The notes below the pieces were generated by a model, which was given only the letters and a program-made list of their open reading frames with translations, made no database searches and was not told the DNA's origin. From Candidatus Omnitrophota bacterium (GTDB taxonomy: Bacteria > Omnitrophota > Gorgyraeia > Zapsychrales > Zapsychraceae), in NCBI GenBank assembly GCA_029261065.1, contig JAJDCB010000006.1:64284-128283 (forward strand): 64,000 nucleotides of DNA, read 5' to 3'. The position numbers and the translations under genes were made by a program. Below are positions 1 through 11,096 of the stretch, piece by piece (position 1 is the stretch's first letter; every line of letters begins with the position of its first letter).

Positions 1-5
1 ATTAA

Positions 6-34
6 AGTATGCTCTATAAAAAAGGGAACGTCAA
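6..34 (-). promoter_or_regulatory. putative sigma70 promoter for a gene beyond the left edge
   Basis: Minus strand TTGACG-17 bp-CATACT. Confidence 0.4.
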
Positions 35-128
35 GCTAGGGTAAAGGGGGGCAAAATAGGAGGATTTAGAGAAGATTTAGTGTATAAATTATATTTTTCT
101 CGATCATAAGTATATACATATCAACAGT

Positions 129-1016
129 TTAAGAATTTTTCATTTGATTACTATTTGTGTTAGCCTGACTGATCACTTGGATCATCCCACCAGCAAATAT
201 AATAACACAACCCATGGATTGAAATAATGTCAGCCGTTCAGAATACAGACCAAATCCGATCAAAGAGGCCACTAACGGCTCAATATAGGAAATGGTACCA
301 TACTCTATCGTTTTTAGATGTTTTAAAGCGAGAATGATCAATGTAAAGCTCAAAAATCCATGAAAAAAGCCAATAGCCATTAACCAACAACCATCTTTTA
401 CGGTTATGTTAAAAATAGAAGCATCCAAAAATGGTAACATCATAATGGTGCCTGCTAAAAGCTGATAAAAAGAACGCGTTAATGTCGGGATGTCCTCTGG
501 TATTTTACGATTCAAAATGATATATAAGGCATAACACATCGCTGAAATGATGCCCCATAAATAACCACCTGAAGCGTTGATATCAAAAGAAAATTTAAAC
601 TCTAGAAGAAATAAAAAACCTATAAAGGCGAGTAAAAGTAGACCTGCATTAAGATAAGTAAATTTTTCCTTTAATAAAATTGAGGCTAAGCCAACAGCCA
701 AAAGAGGTCCAAGATATAAAAGGAAAACGGCATTGGCCAAAGGTCCACTATTAATGGCATTGATATAACACACACTTGTCGTAGCCAATAACATGCCTGT
801 TGCTGTAAGAGAAAAAGGAAATTTAATTATCTTAACACTTTTGATTTCACCTCTAAGAGACAAAAACACTATTAAGAATACTAATCCGAACCCTAATCTA
901 GCAAATGTAATGATGTAACCATTGGCCGAAATATTTCTTACAAAAATACCTACAGCACCTAAAAACAATGTCGATAAAATGGCGGCCGTATATCCTATTA
1001 ATTTTTTATTCCTCAC
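129..1016 (-). CDS. DMT/EamA family transporter
   Basis: 295 aa, about 10 hydrophobic helices in two repeats; LLYLGPL...LLKEK and SYIEPLVA...LYSERLT EamA-like motifs. Confidence 0.85.
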   Translation of the reverse strand: MRNKKLIGYTAAILSTLFLGAVGIFVRNISANGYIITFARLGFGLVFLIVFLSLRGEIKSVKIIKFPFSLTATGMLLATTSVCYINAINSGPLANAVFLLYLGPLLAVGLASILLKEKFTYLNAGLLLLAFIGFLFLLEFKFSFDINASGGYLWGIISAMCYALYIILNRKIPEDIPTLTRSFYQLLAGTIMMLPFLDASIFNITVKDGCWLMAIGFFHGFLSFTLIILALKHLKTIEYGTISYIEPLVASLIGFGLYSERLTLFQSMGCVIIFAGGMIQVISQANTNSNQMKNS

Positions 1017-1040
1017 AACTTTTCCTCAAATCTTATTTCT

Positions 1041-1595
1041 TTAATTGGTTGGATGATATACTTGATCCAGAAACTTTCCCCAACCCTTGTTATAGGGATG
1101 AACTTCCTGAACAATCATGTCATAACGAAAAACAGCTCGCCCTTCATTAGCCCATGCAAAGATTGATCCTTCAAGATTTGAAACGTTGGTGTATCCTTGG
1201 GATCGCAACTCTCGTGCTAAAACAGCAGAACGATACCCCACCGAACAATACATGACAATAGGTTTTGACGAATCAATGCCTTTAAGCACACGCTTTATTT
1301 CGCCTCTAGATTCTAGCAGTCGTGCACCTTCTAAATGACTTATATCATATTCTTCTTTCGATCTAGAATCTATAAGAAGCGGGGGTTCTTTGGTAGGATC
1401 TTTTAACCAGGAGGATAACTCTTTTGTAGAGATATGTGAAACATCCGCATACTCGAGCTTTATCTTTTCTATGACCTGATTTAAATTTTGTTGAGAAAAG
1501 CTTTCTGCCCGCCAGAATATAAAAACAATTGCGCACAATAAAAAAATAAGACTAATGCGCACCCTATTGCCTAAAAAACGAGTTTTTCTTTTCAT
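1041..1595 (-). CDS. exported rhodanese-like domain protein
   Basis: N-terminal TM/signal; LIDSRSKEEYDISHLEGA, VMYCSVGYRS active-site loop, NLEGSIFAW. Confidence 0.85.
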   Translation of the reverse strand: MKRKTRFLGNRVRISLIFLLCAIVFIFWRAESFSQQNLNQVIEKIKLEYADVSHISTKELSSWLKDPTKEPPLLIDSRSKEEYDISHLEGARLLESRGEIKRVLKGIDSSKPIVMYCSVGYRSAVLARELRSQGYTNVSNLEGSIFAWANEGRAVFRYDMIVQEVHPYNKGWGKFLDQVYHPTN

Positions 1596-1614
1596 CGAAG
1601 ACGGTTATTTGGAA

Positions 1615-2223
1615 TTAGTTATTAGACGTTTTAATTTTTGAACACAGATAGGTATAATAATTTTTCATAGCCATAATCACAAATACCAAATACAATTGGG
1701 CTGCCACCAACTCTCCTATCTCGGTTGGGAAAAACCGATCTTTGGTATCAATGGATGAAAAAGCTTGCAGGCAGACACCTATAAAAAGAAACTTTTGGGA
1801 ATGTCCTTCTTTTTTTAAATAGGCGCTCATATATATGATGAAAATGCCTGTCAAAAGAGCAAGAACCATCGGAATGATGTCAGCCAATATTTGAAGGCTC
1901 TTCCAAGCAAAGAAGATATTGTGTAAATCAAATATTTCGCCCAACGATCCCATGAAAAAACCAAAAGATAACAATAACCATATGCCATTTTTGTTGTGCT
2001 GAGTTTGTTTTAATCGGTCAACTTGGTTTGATAATACAAACACAATCAAAGATAACGCCGATGCGATAAACAAGAAAGCCGAAGTAAAAAAATCTCCTAT
2101 AAATCCTTCCATAATGGCTCGACTCTGTCGGCGAAGAAAGGGTTCAAAAATACGAAATTCTTCCTGACCGAAATAGATCCAGACACTCAGAGCTATACTC
2201 ATATAAATTAATTTTCTCATCAT
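1615..2223 (-). CDS. hypothetical integral membrane protein
   Basis: 202 aa, about 6 hydrophobic segments, operon-like spacing; no family recognised. Confidence 0.6.
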   Translation of the reverse strand: MMRKLIYMSIALSVWIYFGQEEFRIFEPFLRRQSRAIMEGFIGDFFTSAFLFIASALSLIVFVLSNQVDRLKQTQHNKNGIWLLLSFGFFMGSLGEIFDLHNIFFAWKSLQILADIIPMVLALLTGIFIIYMSAYLKKEGHSQKFLFIGVCLQAFSSIDTKDRFFPTEIGELVAAQLYLVFVIMAMKNYYTYLCSKIKTSNN

Positions 2224-2242
2224 ATTTTGAAAATGGCTGTTG

Positions 2243-3412
2243 TTATTTTTTTACTGCAGAGACAATGTTTTCCACATAATTTTTGTCTAAAATATTTGGC
2301 AAGACTTTATCTCTCGATAACTTGTCAACGCTCTGGGCTAAAGCATAGGCCGCAGCGACTTTCATCTCTCTCGTAATCTGTGGAGCTTTAGCTCCAAGCG
2401 CGCCTTTAAAAACACCAGGAAATACTAAGGCATTGTTCACTTGATTCGGATAATCGCTACGTCCTGTTCCGATAATAAAAGCTCCGGCTTTCTCAGCGTC
2501 CTTTGGGTCTATCTCAGGGGTTGGATTGGCCATGGCAAACACGATTGGTTTCTCACCCATGCTTTTAATCATCTCTTGTGTTACCACATTTCCAACACTT
2601 ACACCGATAAAAACATCAGCCTCTTTAATCGCGTCTGATAATAGACCTTTAACATTCTTACGATTCGTCAATCGAGCAAGTTTCTTTTTACTAAAGTCGG
2701 TGGCAATATCTTTTCTGGAATGAGAAATGATTCCCTTTGAATCACACACTAATAATTGTTTAACCGGTTGGCACACGTCCTTTTCTTGCCCCACACATAA
2801 AAGCAATTCAGCTATCGCTGTTCCGGCGGCCCCCGCACCGTTGATCACAACCTTTAATTCGCCAAGTTCCTTGCCTGCTAACTTAGCCGCATTAATTAAA
2901 GCCGCTAAAAGAACAATCGCCGTCCCATGCTGATCATCATGAAAAACGGGAATGCCTATATCTTGAAGAGATCCTTCAATCTCAAAGCATCGAGGTGCTG
3001 CGATATCTTCTAAATTAATCCCAGCAAATCCTGGAGCAATATTTTTAACGATGTTAATTATTTCAAACGCATTTTGCGTATTTAAACAAATGGGTACCGC
3101 ATTAATTCCGGCAAATTCTTTAAAGATCATGGCCTTGCCTTCCATAACAGGCAACGCCGCTTCAGGTCCAATATTACCCAAACCTAACACTGCAGAACCA
3201 TCCGTCACAATAGCGATCGTATCTTTCTTCATCGTCAATTCATAGGCACGTGCGGGATCTTTGTGGATAATCCTGCAAACTTCCGCCACACCTGGTGTAT
3301 AAACAAGAGAAAGCTCTTTCATCGTTTTAAGAGGCACTTTTGAATTAATACTTAACTTCCCACCTAACTTCTGATGATATTTAACAGACTCTTTATAAAT
3401 ATCCAATGGCAA
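2243..3412 (-). CDS. NAD(P)-dependent malic enzyme (short bacterial form)
   Basis: YTPGVA, VTDGSAVLGLGNIG, INLEDI, FHDDQHGT, GAGAAG, RSDYPNQVNN motifs. Confidence 0.93.
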   Translation of the reverse strand: MPLDIYKESVKYHQKLGGKLSINSKVPLKTMKELSLVYTPGVAEVCRIIHKDPARAYELTMKKDTIAIVTDGSAVLGLGNIGPEAALPVMEGKAMIFKEFAGINAVPICLNTQNAFEIINIVKNIAPGFAGINLEDIAAPRCFEIEGSLQDIGIPVFHDDQHGTAIVLLAALINAAKLAGKELGELKVVINGAGAAGTAIAELLLCVGQEKDVCQPVKQLLVCDSKGIISHSRKDIATDFSKKKLARLTNRKNVKGLLSDAIKEADVFIGVSVGNVVTQEMIKSMGEKPIVFAMANPTPEIDPKDAEKAGAFIIGTGRSDYPNQVNNALVFPGVFKGALGAKAPQITREMKVAAAYALAQSVDKLSRDKVLPNILDKNYVENIVSAVKK

Positions 3413-3449
3413 CTCCTTTTAGTTTCTACACGATAAGATATAAATTTCT

Positions 3450-4244
3450 CTATTGTGAAATTTGTTTATTCCTATTTTCAATAAAGGCATGTTGTAAGGC
3501 GATATACGGATCAATAGCACTCTCAGTGATTCGCCCATAAGCGTCGCGCACATTGTAAGAATAGTTGTTAACTCGTTTTGCAACACTAACTCCTCTAAAG
3601 ACATCTTCTGGATAGACCTCATAAATAAAAAGCCATGTAAAAGGATTTAATGCGTAATCACCTACTAATCCAATAACCTCCCGACGTGTTGAGGGGCCAA
3701 TAATAGGCCAAACAATATAAGGACCAGCATCAACGTCATAAACCCCTAGTGTTTGTCCAAAATCTTCAGATTGTTGCTCGAGATTAAAGAGGCTTTCTGC
3801 GGGATTAAACAAACCGCCTATTCCCAGAGTAGAATTAATTAATAAACGTTCTAATTCTATAAAGGCTGACTTAGGTTTTTTTTGAAAAAGATTGTTAAAA
3901 AATCTTTTAGGCGTACCAACGAATTGGGCAAAGTTATTGATGCTTCCCTGTACTTTTCTTGGCACTAAGAAATCATACCCCTTTGATAACGGAATAAATA
4001 CATTTTTATAGATCTTGTCGTTTATCTTAAACATAAATCTATTATATTTCTCAAATGGATCATTAATAATAAACGACTCTTCATTAACATCCCACTCTTC
4101 ATCTAACCTAAAATCAGAATCTTCACTATCAAAAGTAATTCCACTAATGGCCCCTCCTTGAGCAGAAGCCGACGTTTGAAAAGAGAAAATTGTCAGGAAC
4201 ACAAAAAAACCAAACACGAACATCTTAGCTCTTAAACATTCCAT
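3450..4244 (-). CDS. mlaA: VacJ/MlaA family phospholipid-trafficking protein
   Basis: DPFEKYNR, INSTLGIGGLF, EDFGQTLG, GPYIVWPIIGPST, DPY motifs; last gene of the mla operon. Confidence 0.9.
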   Translation of the reverse strand: MECLRAKMFVFGFFVFLTIFSFQTSASAQGGAISGITFDSEDSDFRLDEEWDVNEESFIINDPFEKYNRFMFKINDKIYKNVFIPLSKGYDFLVPRKVQGSINNFAQFVGTPKRFFNNLFQKKPKSAFIELERLLINSTLGIGGLFNPAESLFNLEQQSEDFGQTLGVYDVDAGPYIVWPIIGPSTRREVIGLVGDYALNPFTWLFIYEVYPEDVFRGVSVAKRVNNYSYNVRDAYGRITESAIDPYIALQHAFIENRNKQISQ

Positions 4245-4268
4245 AATATTCGCCCCTTATTTAAATAT

Positions 4269-4913
4269 TTATTTTACTTCAACAATTGCTTCTCTTTTTT
4301 CCATCAACTTCTCAAGAAGATCTTCAAAAGAGCCTTTAGATAAAAGGCTGTTAAATTGACTTCGATAGTTGCCGACCATGCTGACGCCCTCGATAATCAC
4401 ATCATAAATTTTCCACATACCAGCTACTTTATGCATGCTAAAATCGATGACGATTTTTTTCTGATCAACAGTAAAAAAATTTGTTTGAACTTTCCCTCGA
4501 TTTCCCCTCACAATCTCACGGATATAAACAATTTTTTCACCTTGGTAAGAATCAGACTTGCCTAAATAAATATCTCTTAATATGTCTCTAAATGTTTCGG
4601 CGAATTTTTGCTTTTGCTCTGAGTTCAAAGTAACCCAATGTCGACCAAGGGTTCTTTTCGATGTCTCCTCAAAATCAAACACAGGTTTAAGAGTGCCCCA
4701 CAATTTCTGCTTTCGTTCAACAGACTGATCCACTCCTTGCAATGATTCATCATGAAGAATTTTTAAAGCACGATCAATTGTTTCAACAACAACTTCTCCT
4801 GGTTCCTGAGCACAGGCGACATTAATCCCTACAAAAGTCATCATATAAATGAATAAGCAGGCCCCTATTATTTTTTTATTTTTTATATGTTTTTTGCCCA
4901 TAAATTTTTTCAT
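4269..4913 (-). CDS. mlaC: MlaC/Ttg2D phospholipid-binding protein
   Basis: WKIYDVIIEGVSMVGNYRSQF motif; operon context. Confidence 0.9.
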   Translation of the reverse strand: MKKFMGKKHIKNKKIIGACLFIYMMTFVGINVACAQEPGEVVVETIDRALKILHDESLQGVDQSVERKQKLWGTLKPVFDFEETSKRTLGRHWVTLNSEQKQKFAETFRDILRDIYLGKSDSYQGEKIVYIREIVRGNRGKVQTNFFTVDQKKIVIDFSMHKVAGMWKIYDVIIEGVSMVGNYRSQFNSLLSKGSFEDLLEKLMEKREAIVEVK

Positions 4914-5347
4914 TTTTCAATAACGATATTTTTTATGACAGATAATAAGTCAAAAGGCGGTTCCGTATCAAAAATGGCCTCACCTGCTTTCAGAGTATTT
5001 TCTGACCCTCCTGGAGTAATTTCAATATATTTTTCACCTAATATTCCATTTGTTTTAATAGAGGCAATCGCATCATCCTGAATTTTGACATCTTCTTTTA
5101 GCGATAAGGTCACAACCGCTTGAAAATCCTCAAGTTCAATCTTCTCGACTTTCCCAACACGAACACCCGCAATTTCGACGTTGGAATCTTCTTTTAATCC
5201 AGAGGCAGATGTAAAAAACGCTTGGACAGAATAATCATTCACGCCAAAAATTTCAACCTTACCGAGGTGAATTGACAAATAGACCATACAGATCAAACCA
5301 AGACACACGAAAAGGCCCACCATAATTTCAACATTGGATTTTTTCAT
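4910..5347 (-). CDS. mlaD: MCE-domain protein MlaD
   Basis: VGLFV TM, ASGLKEDSNVEIAGVRVGKV, GILGEKYIEITPG. Confidence 0.92.
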   Translation of the reverse strand: MKKSNVEIMVGLFVCLGLICMVYLSIHLGKVEIFGVNDYSVQAFFTSASGLKEDSNVEIAGVRVGKVEKIELEDFQAVVTLSLKEDVKIQDDAIASIKTNGILGEKYIEITPGGSENTLKAGEAIFDTEPPFDLLSVIKNIVIEK

Positions 5348-5371
5348 TCATACCACCTTTATAAGAGTTTT

Positions 5372-6100
5372 TTATTCTAATTCTCCAGTAAGAAATTGCC
5401 GTACAATTGGATTCTTTGTTGCTTGTATCTCTTCTGGAGTTCCCGTTACTATTATTTTACCATCGTGAAGCATCGCAACACGATCTACAACTTTAAAAAT
5501 ACCAGGAATTTCATGGCTAACGATAAGGGCTGTTAATTTACGTCTTTTTTGAAGTGATCGAATAATTTTATAAATAGTAGCCGCAATAACTGGATCAAGC
5601 CCTGTTGTGGGCTCATCAAAAAAAATAATTTCAGGATTTAAAATCAAACACCGCGCTAAAGCCACACGCTTTCGCATACCGCCGCTAATTTGAGCAGGAT
5701 ACTTCTCTAGATCATTCTCAAGGCCAACATCTGTTAATTCTTTTAAAACTTTTTGTCTTATTTCCTTATCGCTAAGTTTTGTTTTTTCTTTTAAAGGAAA
5801 AGAAACATTTTCATAAACTGTCAAAGAATCGAATAAAGCTCCAAATTGAAAAACAATACCAATTCGGTCTTTTAAGTTTCCTAATTTTTTACCTTTTAAT
5901 TGACTCACATCCTGTTGATCAATAACAATTTTTCCGCTGTCTGGTTTAATAAGCCCAGAGATATTTTTTAGAAGAACAGATTTTCCCTTACCACTACCGC
6001 CAATCAAAGCGAGCGTTTCTCCTGCTTCAATCTTTAAATCAACACCTTTAAGAACGGTTTGATTTCCAAAACTTTTATATAAATTAGAAACTTCAATCAT
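5372..6100 (-). CDS. mlaF: MlaF ABC ATPase
   Basis: Walker A GGSGKGKS, ISGGMRKRVALAR, DEPTTGLDP. Confidence 0.92.
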   Translation of the reverse strand: MIEVSNLYKSFGNQTVLKGVDLKIEAGETLALIGGSGKGKSVLLKNISGLIKPDSGKIVIDQQDVSQLKGKKLGNLKDRIGIVFQFGALFDSLTVYENVSFPLKEKTKLSDKEIRQKVLKELTDVGLENDLEKYPAQISGGMRKRVALARCLILNPEIIFFDEPTTGLDPVIAATIYKIIRSLQKRRKLTALIVSHEIPGIFKVVDRVAMLHDGKIIVTGTPEEIQATKNPIVRQFLTGELE

Positions 6101-6121
6101 AAATATATTCCACCCTAAAAT

Positions 6122-6910
6122 TTAAGTAAAAAGCGAAATTGAGGTAATAAAATAGTCACAAATAAGAACAGTAACCGAAGACATAACCACAGCTTCCGTC
6201 GTTGATTTACTGACACCCTGTGCCCCAAAACCAGAACCGTGGCCAGCATAAAAACCTTTGAAACAACATATCCAAGCAATCAGTAATCCAAAACTTAAGG
6301 ATTTTTGTAAACTAAGAATTAAATCACTAGCGGATATGGAATCGGCAATAGCGCCATAATAAACACCGCTCGATAAACCAGACAATTCGACACCAACTAA
6401 ATACCCTCCCCAAATTCCCATGACATTAAACAAAGCCGTTAGGATGGGCAATGATATAAGAGCCGCCCATAAATTAGGAATAACTAAATATTTATATGGG
6501 TTTAAATTCATGGCATCTAACGCATCAATCTGTTCCGACATGCGCATAATACCAATCTCCGCGGTTAACGCAGAACCTGCCCGTCCGATAACCATTAAAG
6601 CGGTGACAACAGGCCCTAATTCACGAATCAATGACATCGCCGTTATAGCACCCAATTTTGATTCAGCACCAAAAGAAACCAGAACATAAAACCCTTGAAG
6701 AGTCAAAACCATTCCGGTAAAGAGTCCTGTCAGGAGAATGACTAAGGTTGTTTTCACCCCAATAAAATGTATTTGTTTTACAACACGATGAAAGAGAAAA
6801 GGCGGGAAGAGCATATAATAGATAGAAATGCTCAAGAAATTTGCCATCTTGCCTAGTTCGTGAATAAAGGCAATGGTATTTTTTCCAATTAACTTAAAGG
6901 GATGGAACAT
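6122..6910 (-). CDS. mlaE: MlaE ABC permease (start probably ATG 6910 rather than 6961)
   Basis: RELGPVVTAL, GRAGSALTAEIG, EQIDAL, GVSKSTTEAVV. Confidence 0.9.
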   Translation of the reverse strand: MFHPFKLIGKNTIAFIHELGKMANFLSISIYYMLFPPFLFHRVVKQIHFIGVKTTLVILLTGLFTGMVLTLQGFYVLVSFGAESKLGAITAMSLIRELGPVVTALMVIGRAGSALTAEIGIMRMSEQIDALDAMNLNPYKYLVIPNLWAALISLPILTALFNVMGIWGGYLVGVELSGLSSGVYYGAIADSISASDLILSLQKSLSFGLLIAWICCFKGFYAGHGSGFGAQGVSKSTTEAVVMSSVTVLICDYFITSISLFT

Positions 6911-7013
6911 ATGAAATCTTAATTTGTATTTCCTTAATGGTATGACAAAAATATTATACAATAATATTTATACTCATTAATATATTTAAATTAAGATCAA
7001 AAAACTAGGATTA

Positions 7014-10000
7014 TTAGACTTCTTTTAAAGAAGGCGCAAACCACCCATAAAAGGCAGGCAAAGCCAATAACGTTAAAAATGTTGATGTGAAAAGCCCCCC
7101 AATAACAACCACCGCTAGGGGTCTTTGAATTTCTGATCCTGTTCCGCTTGAAAATACTAAGGGCAACAAACCTAATCCTGTCGTTAATGCTGTCATAAGC
7201 ACTGGTCTTAAACGCAATAAGGCCCCTTTGATAACTGTTTCATGGATTGAAAACCCCTCCGCTCTTAATTCATTAAAATATGTCACCAGAACTAGCCCAT
7301 TTTCTATAGCAATTCCAAAAAGAGCAATAAATCCAATGGAGGCAGGAACACTTAAGTTTAGATTAAATAATTTTAAGGAGATAATACCTCCTACCAAGGC
7401 TAAAGGAATATTGAGTAAGATCAAAAGGGCCATCTTCAAAGAATTAAATGACATAAACAGTAATAAAAATATTAACAATAACGTGACAGGAATAACAACT
7501 ATTAAACGTTTATTGGCTTGTTGTTGTAATTCGAACTGCCCTCCCCAATGAACAATATAACCAACAGGCAAATCAACTTGACTCTCTACTTTTTTCTGTG
7601 CTTCCTCAACAAATGTTCCAATATCACGACCACGCACATTACATTGAATGGTAATAAATCGTTGATTGTTCTCTCGACTAATTTGCCTTGGTCCAACAAC
7701 TGTTTTAATATCAGCCAACTGATCTAAAGGTATTTTTTGGCCACCTGGGGCATCCACCAACAAATTTTTTATCGCCTTAATATCTTTACGAAACTCTTTT
7801 TGAAACCTTGCATAGATAGCAAATTGTTTTTGCCCTTCATAAACAAGGCCAACTTCTTCTCCTCCGATTGCTACTTTAACAAGTTCTTGAACCTCCGACA
7901 CATTGATGCCGTAGCGTGCAATCTTTTCTCGATCAATAATAATCTGCACCTGAGGCTGTCCTGTGATTTGATCCACCTGTAAATCGGCAACCCCACGCAC
8001 ATCTTCAATGACCTCTTTTATTTCATCAGCCTTCTTCTTAAGAACCTCTAAATCAGAACCGAATAATTTAATGGCTAACTGTGCTTTAACACCAGAGACC
8101 AATTCATCAACAGCAACAGCAATGGGTTGGCTAAAATTAAGTTGAACTCCTGGAACTTGACCAACTTTCTCACTCATCTCCTCAACTAATTTCTCAGAAC
8201 TTATTTTTCGTTTCCATTTCTTTTGATCTTTTAACTCTATAAATATTTCCGAGTTATTGACCGGATCAGCATGAGCACCAATCTCTCCTCGTCCAATCCG
8301 TGATATGACATGCTTCACTTCATCAAACTTAAGAAACTCTTTCTCTAAAATGTTTACAACATTCACGGATTCTTTTAAAGATATACTTGGCGCCATAGTA
8401 GCCCTCACTAACATATCCCCTTCATTTAACTTAGGTATAAACTCTTTACCTAAAAACGGGAATATTACAAACCCTACGACTAATAGGACAACAGTAATCA
8501 GGACTGGAATTTTTTTGTGATGCACACACAACTTTAAGAAAGGTTCATACACTTTTTTTGCTTTCGCTATAATAAAATTTTCTTTTTCTTTTTTTCCATC
8601 TGACTTAATGATAAGAAAACACAAAGCAGGAGCCAATGTTAAAGAAAATATTAAAGATCCAACCATAGCAAAACTGATTGTATACGCTAAGGGTGTGAAC
8701 ATCTTTCCCTCAACGCCTTGAAGCGTAAAAAGCGGCAAGAAAACAATAATAATAATGGAGATGGCAAAGAAGATCGGTCGACTTACCTCATGACACGCCT
8801 CTCTAATAAGAGAACCTTTCTTTTCTAGTTTTGTTTTCTCTTCAAAAAAACGATAGACATTCTCAACGATAACAATAGAGGCATCCACCATCATTCCAAT
8901 ACCAATAGCTAATCCCCCCAAACTCATAAGGTTAGCTGAAATCCCCATATAACGCATACAAATGAATGCCCACAGAATAGAAAACGGTAAAGAAAGAACA
9001 ACAATCAAAGAGCTTCTCATATTACCCATAAAAAAGAACAATACTAAAGTAACCAAAACAATACCTTGAAACAATGCATTCTTAACTGTTGAGACACATT
9101 TTTCAACCAAATCGGCTTGATCATAATAAGGAACGAGCGTAACACCTTCTGGCAATATTTTATTGATCTCCCCTATCCGTTCCTTTACGGAATTAATAAC
9201 TTCTTGTGTATTTTCTCCAAATAATTTTAAAATAAAACCAATAACAATCTCACCCATACCATCTCTCGATGCTGTTCCTCTATTTATTTCTGCGCCAAAC
9301 TCAATATTAGCAACATCTCTTAAAAAGATAGGAGTATTCTCCTCTGTCTTTACAACAATCCCTTCTAAATCTTCTTTCGTCTCAACAAGACCAACACTAC
9401 GAACCAAAAACTCTTCTTCACCTTTTTCAAGAAATGACGCTCCAACATTTAAGTTATTTTCTTCTACAGCTGTAACAATATCGTGTAGACTTAAATCCCA
9501 TTTGATCATACGATTTGGATCGACCAACACTTGATACTGTTTTACTTCACCCCCAATACTTAATATTTCAGTAACGCCTGGTAATGTTTGTAAATTAAAC
9601 TTAATAATCCAATCTTGAATGGTTCGTAATTCCTTACCATCATATTCTGTCCCACCTTTGCTGAGCGCAGTCGAAGCATCTAGATAGTAAAATAACACCT
9701 GCCCCATTCCCGTCGTAATCGGGCCCATTGCAGGCTCTCCTAAACCTTCAGGTAAAGATTCTTTTGCTTGAGCTAAACGTTCTTGCACCAATTGCCTTGC
9801 AAAATAAATATTAACATCATCTTCAAAATAGATATTTACGATAGAAAGACCAAAATTTGAAACAGATCTAATTTTCTTAAGATCTGGCAAACCATTCATA
9901 GATACTTCGACTGGATAAGTAATGAGTTTTTCAACTTCTTGGGGAGCTAACCCTTCTGTTTCTGTAAAAACTTGAACAAGAGTTGGCGTAACATCAGGAA

Positions 10001-10118
10001 AGGCATCAATAGGTAAACTCTTAAAAGAAAATACTCCAAACACCATAATTAAAACGGCTGCAATGAAGACTAAGAGCCTTTGTTTTAAAGAAAAATCTAC
10101 AATTTTATTTATCATCAA
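7014..10118 (-). CDS. czcA: CzcA/CusA family heavy-metal RND transporter
   Basis: LPIDAFPDVT, NLMSLGGLAIGIGMMVDASIVIVEN, QGVEGKMFTPLA, RLRPVLMTA, GSEIQRPLA. Confidence 0.92.
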   Translation of the reverse strand: MMINKIVDFSLKQRLLVFIAAVLIMVFGVFSFKSLPIDAFPDVTPTLVQVFTETEGLAPQEVEKLITYPVEVSMNGLPDLKKIRSVSNFGLSIVNIYFEDDVNIYFARQLVQERLAQAKESLPEGLGEPAMGPITTGMGQVLFYYLDASTALSKGGTEYDGKELRTIQDWIIKFNLQTLPGVTEILSIGGEVKQYQVLVDPNRMIKWDLSLHDIVTAVEENNLNVGASFLEKGEEEFLVRSVGLVETKEDLEGIVVKTEENTPIFLRDVANIEFGAEINRGTASRDGMGEIVIGFILKLFGENTQEVINSVKERIGEINKILPEGVTLVPYYDQADLVEKCVSTVKNALFQGIVLVTLVLFFFMGNMRSSLIVVLSLPFSILWAFICMRYMGISANLMSLGGLAIGIGMMVDASIVIVENVYRFFEEKTKLEKKGSLIREACHEVSRPIFFAISIIIIVFLPLFTLQGVEGKMFTPLAYTISFAMVGSLIFSLTLAPALCFLIIKSDGKKEKENFIIAKAKKVYEPFLKLCVHHKKIPVLITVVLLVVGFVIFPFLGKEFIPKLNEGDMLVRATMAPSISLKESVNVVNILEKEFLKFDEVKHVISRIGRGEIGAHADPVNNSEIFIELKDQKKWKRKISSEKLVEEMSEKVGQVPGVQLNFSQPIAVAVDELVSGVKAQLAIKLFGSDLEVLKKKADEIKEVIEDVRGVADLQVDQITGQPQVQIIIDREKIARYGINVSEVQELVKVAIGGEEVGLVYEGQKQFAIYARFQKEFRKDIKAIKNLLVDAPGGQKIPLDQLADIKTVVGPRQISRENNQRFITIQCNVRGRDIGTFVEEAQKKVESQVDLPVGYIVHWGGQFELQQQANKRLIVVIPVTLLLIFLLLFMSFNSLKMALLILLNIPLALVGGIISLKLFNLNLSVPASIGFIALFGIAIENGLVLVTYFNELRAEGFSIHETVIKGALLRLRPVLMTALTTGLGLLPLVFSSGTGSEIQRPLAVVVIGGLFTSTFLTLLALPAFYGWFAPSLKEV

Positions 10119-10132
10119 AAATCTCCCATTAT

Positions 10133-11083
10133 TTAGTGATTATGTCCATCCCCAAAGGCCCCTTTTTGCATTTCAGACTTTAGAGCAAAACTTCCCTTTG
10201 AAACGATATGCTCTCCTTCATGCAAACCTTCTAATACTTCAACAAAATCACCAAACTCACGTCCCACTTTTATCTCACGTGCGCTAAACTCCTCTCCTTC
10301 AGAAACAAAGACAATAGATTCATTGCCTATCTCTTGGAGGGCTAACTGGGAGACAGATAGCACCTTGCCCTTTGTCGTAAAGATTAAATCACCTGTTACA
10401 AACATCCCTAAACGCAGAAGATGATTTTGATTATCAACTTCAGCGCGAATCTTTATTGTTTGGGTATCTCTATCGATACGGGGGGAAAGAAAAACAACCT
10501 TTCCCTTAAAAACATTATCTGGATAAGCGGTAGAATAAACATTCACCGATTGCCCCACACTAACAAAGCGTAAATCTTTCTCATAAACATCAAAAGAGAC
10601 ACGCAATAAATCCAAGTCAGCCAAACTTGCTAACGACCGAAGATTGTCAACACGCTCACCTTTTTTCACATGAATAACAATCACTGTTCCATGATGAGGA
10701 GCTAACATCGTTTCAACAGTACCATCCTCTTTCTCAATAGATAACATCGGCTCACCAACATCTATAATTGCTCCTGTCTGAACATAAATATCCTTAATAA
10801 CCCCATCATACTCTGACGTGATGTGGGTATTTTTATCGGTATCTTGCGCAATCTCACCATAGACTTTAATATTTTCTTCATATGCTCTTAGCTTAACTTC
10901 CTCAAAGGAAAGACCAATGATGTGTTGCATATCCTTGTTCACATGAAGCCCTTCATCCTCATGATCATCATGTGATGCGTGACTCTCTTGATCATGACCA
11001 TCATGGCCTTGAGCCCAAAGAAGTCTTGGCCCTAAAACTAAAGTGCTTAACAATATGAAACCGTAGACATATTTATTATTCAT
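10133..11083 (-). CDS. czcB: CzcB-type periplasmic adaptor with His-rich N-terminus (start probably 11083)
   Basis: SD AGGAG before ATG 11083; HDGHDQESHASHDDHED; LRLGMF; C-terminal GHNH. Confidence 0.85.
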   Translation of the reverse strand: MNNKYVYGFILLSTLVLGPRLLWAQGHDGHDQESHASHDDHEDEGLHVNKDMQHIIGLSFEEVKLRAYEENIKVYGEIAQDTDKNTHITSEYDGVIKDIYVQTGAIIDVGEPMLSIEKEDGTVETMLAPHHGTVIVIHVKKGERVDNLRSLASLADLDLLRVSFDVYEKDLRFVSVGQSVNVYSTAYPDNVFKGKVVFLSPRIDRDTQTIKIRAEVDNQNHLLRLGMFVTGDLIFTTKGKVLSVSQLALQEIGNESIVFVSEGEEFSAREIKVGREFGDFVEVLEGLHEGEHIVSKGSFALKSEMQKGAFGDGHNH

Positions 11084-11096
11084 TGATAGACTCCTG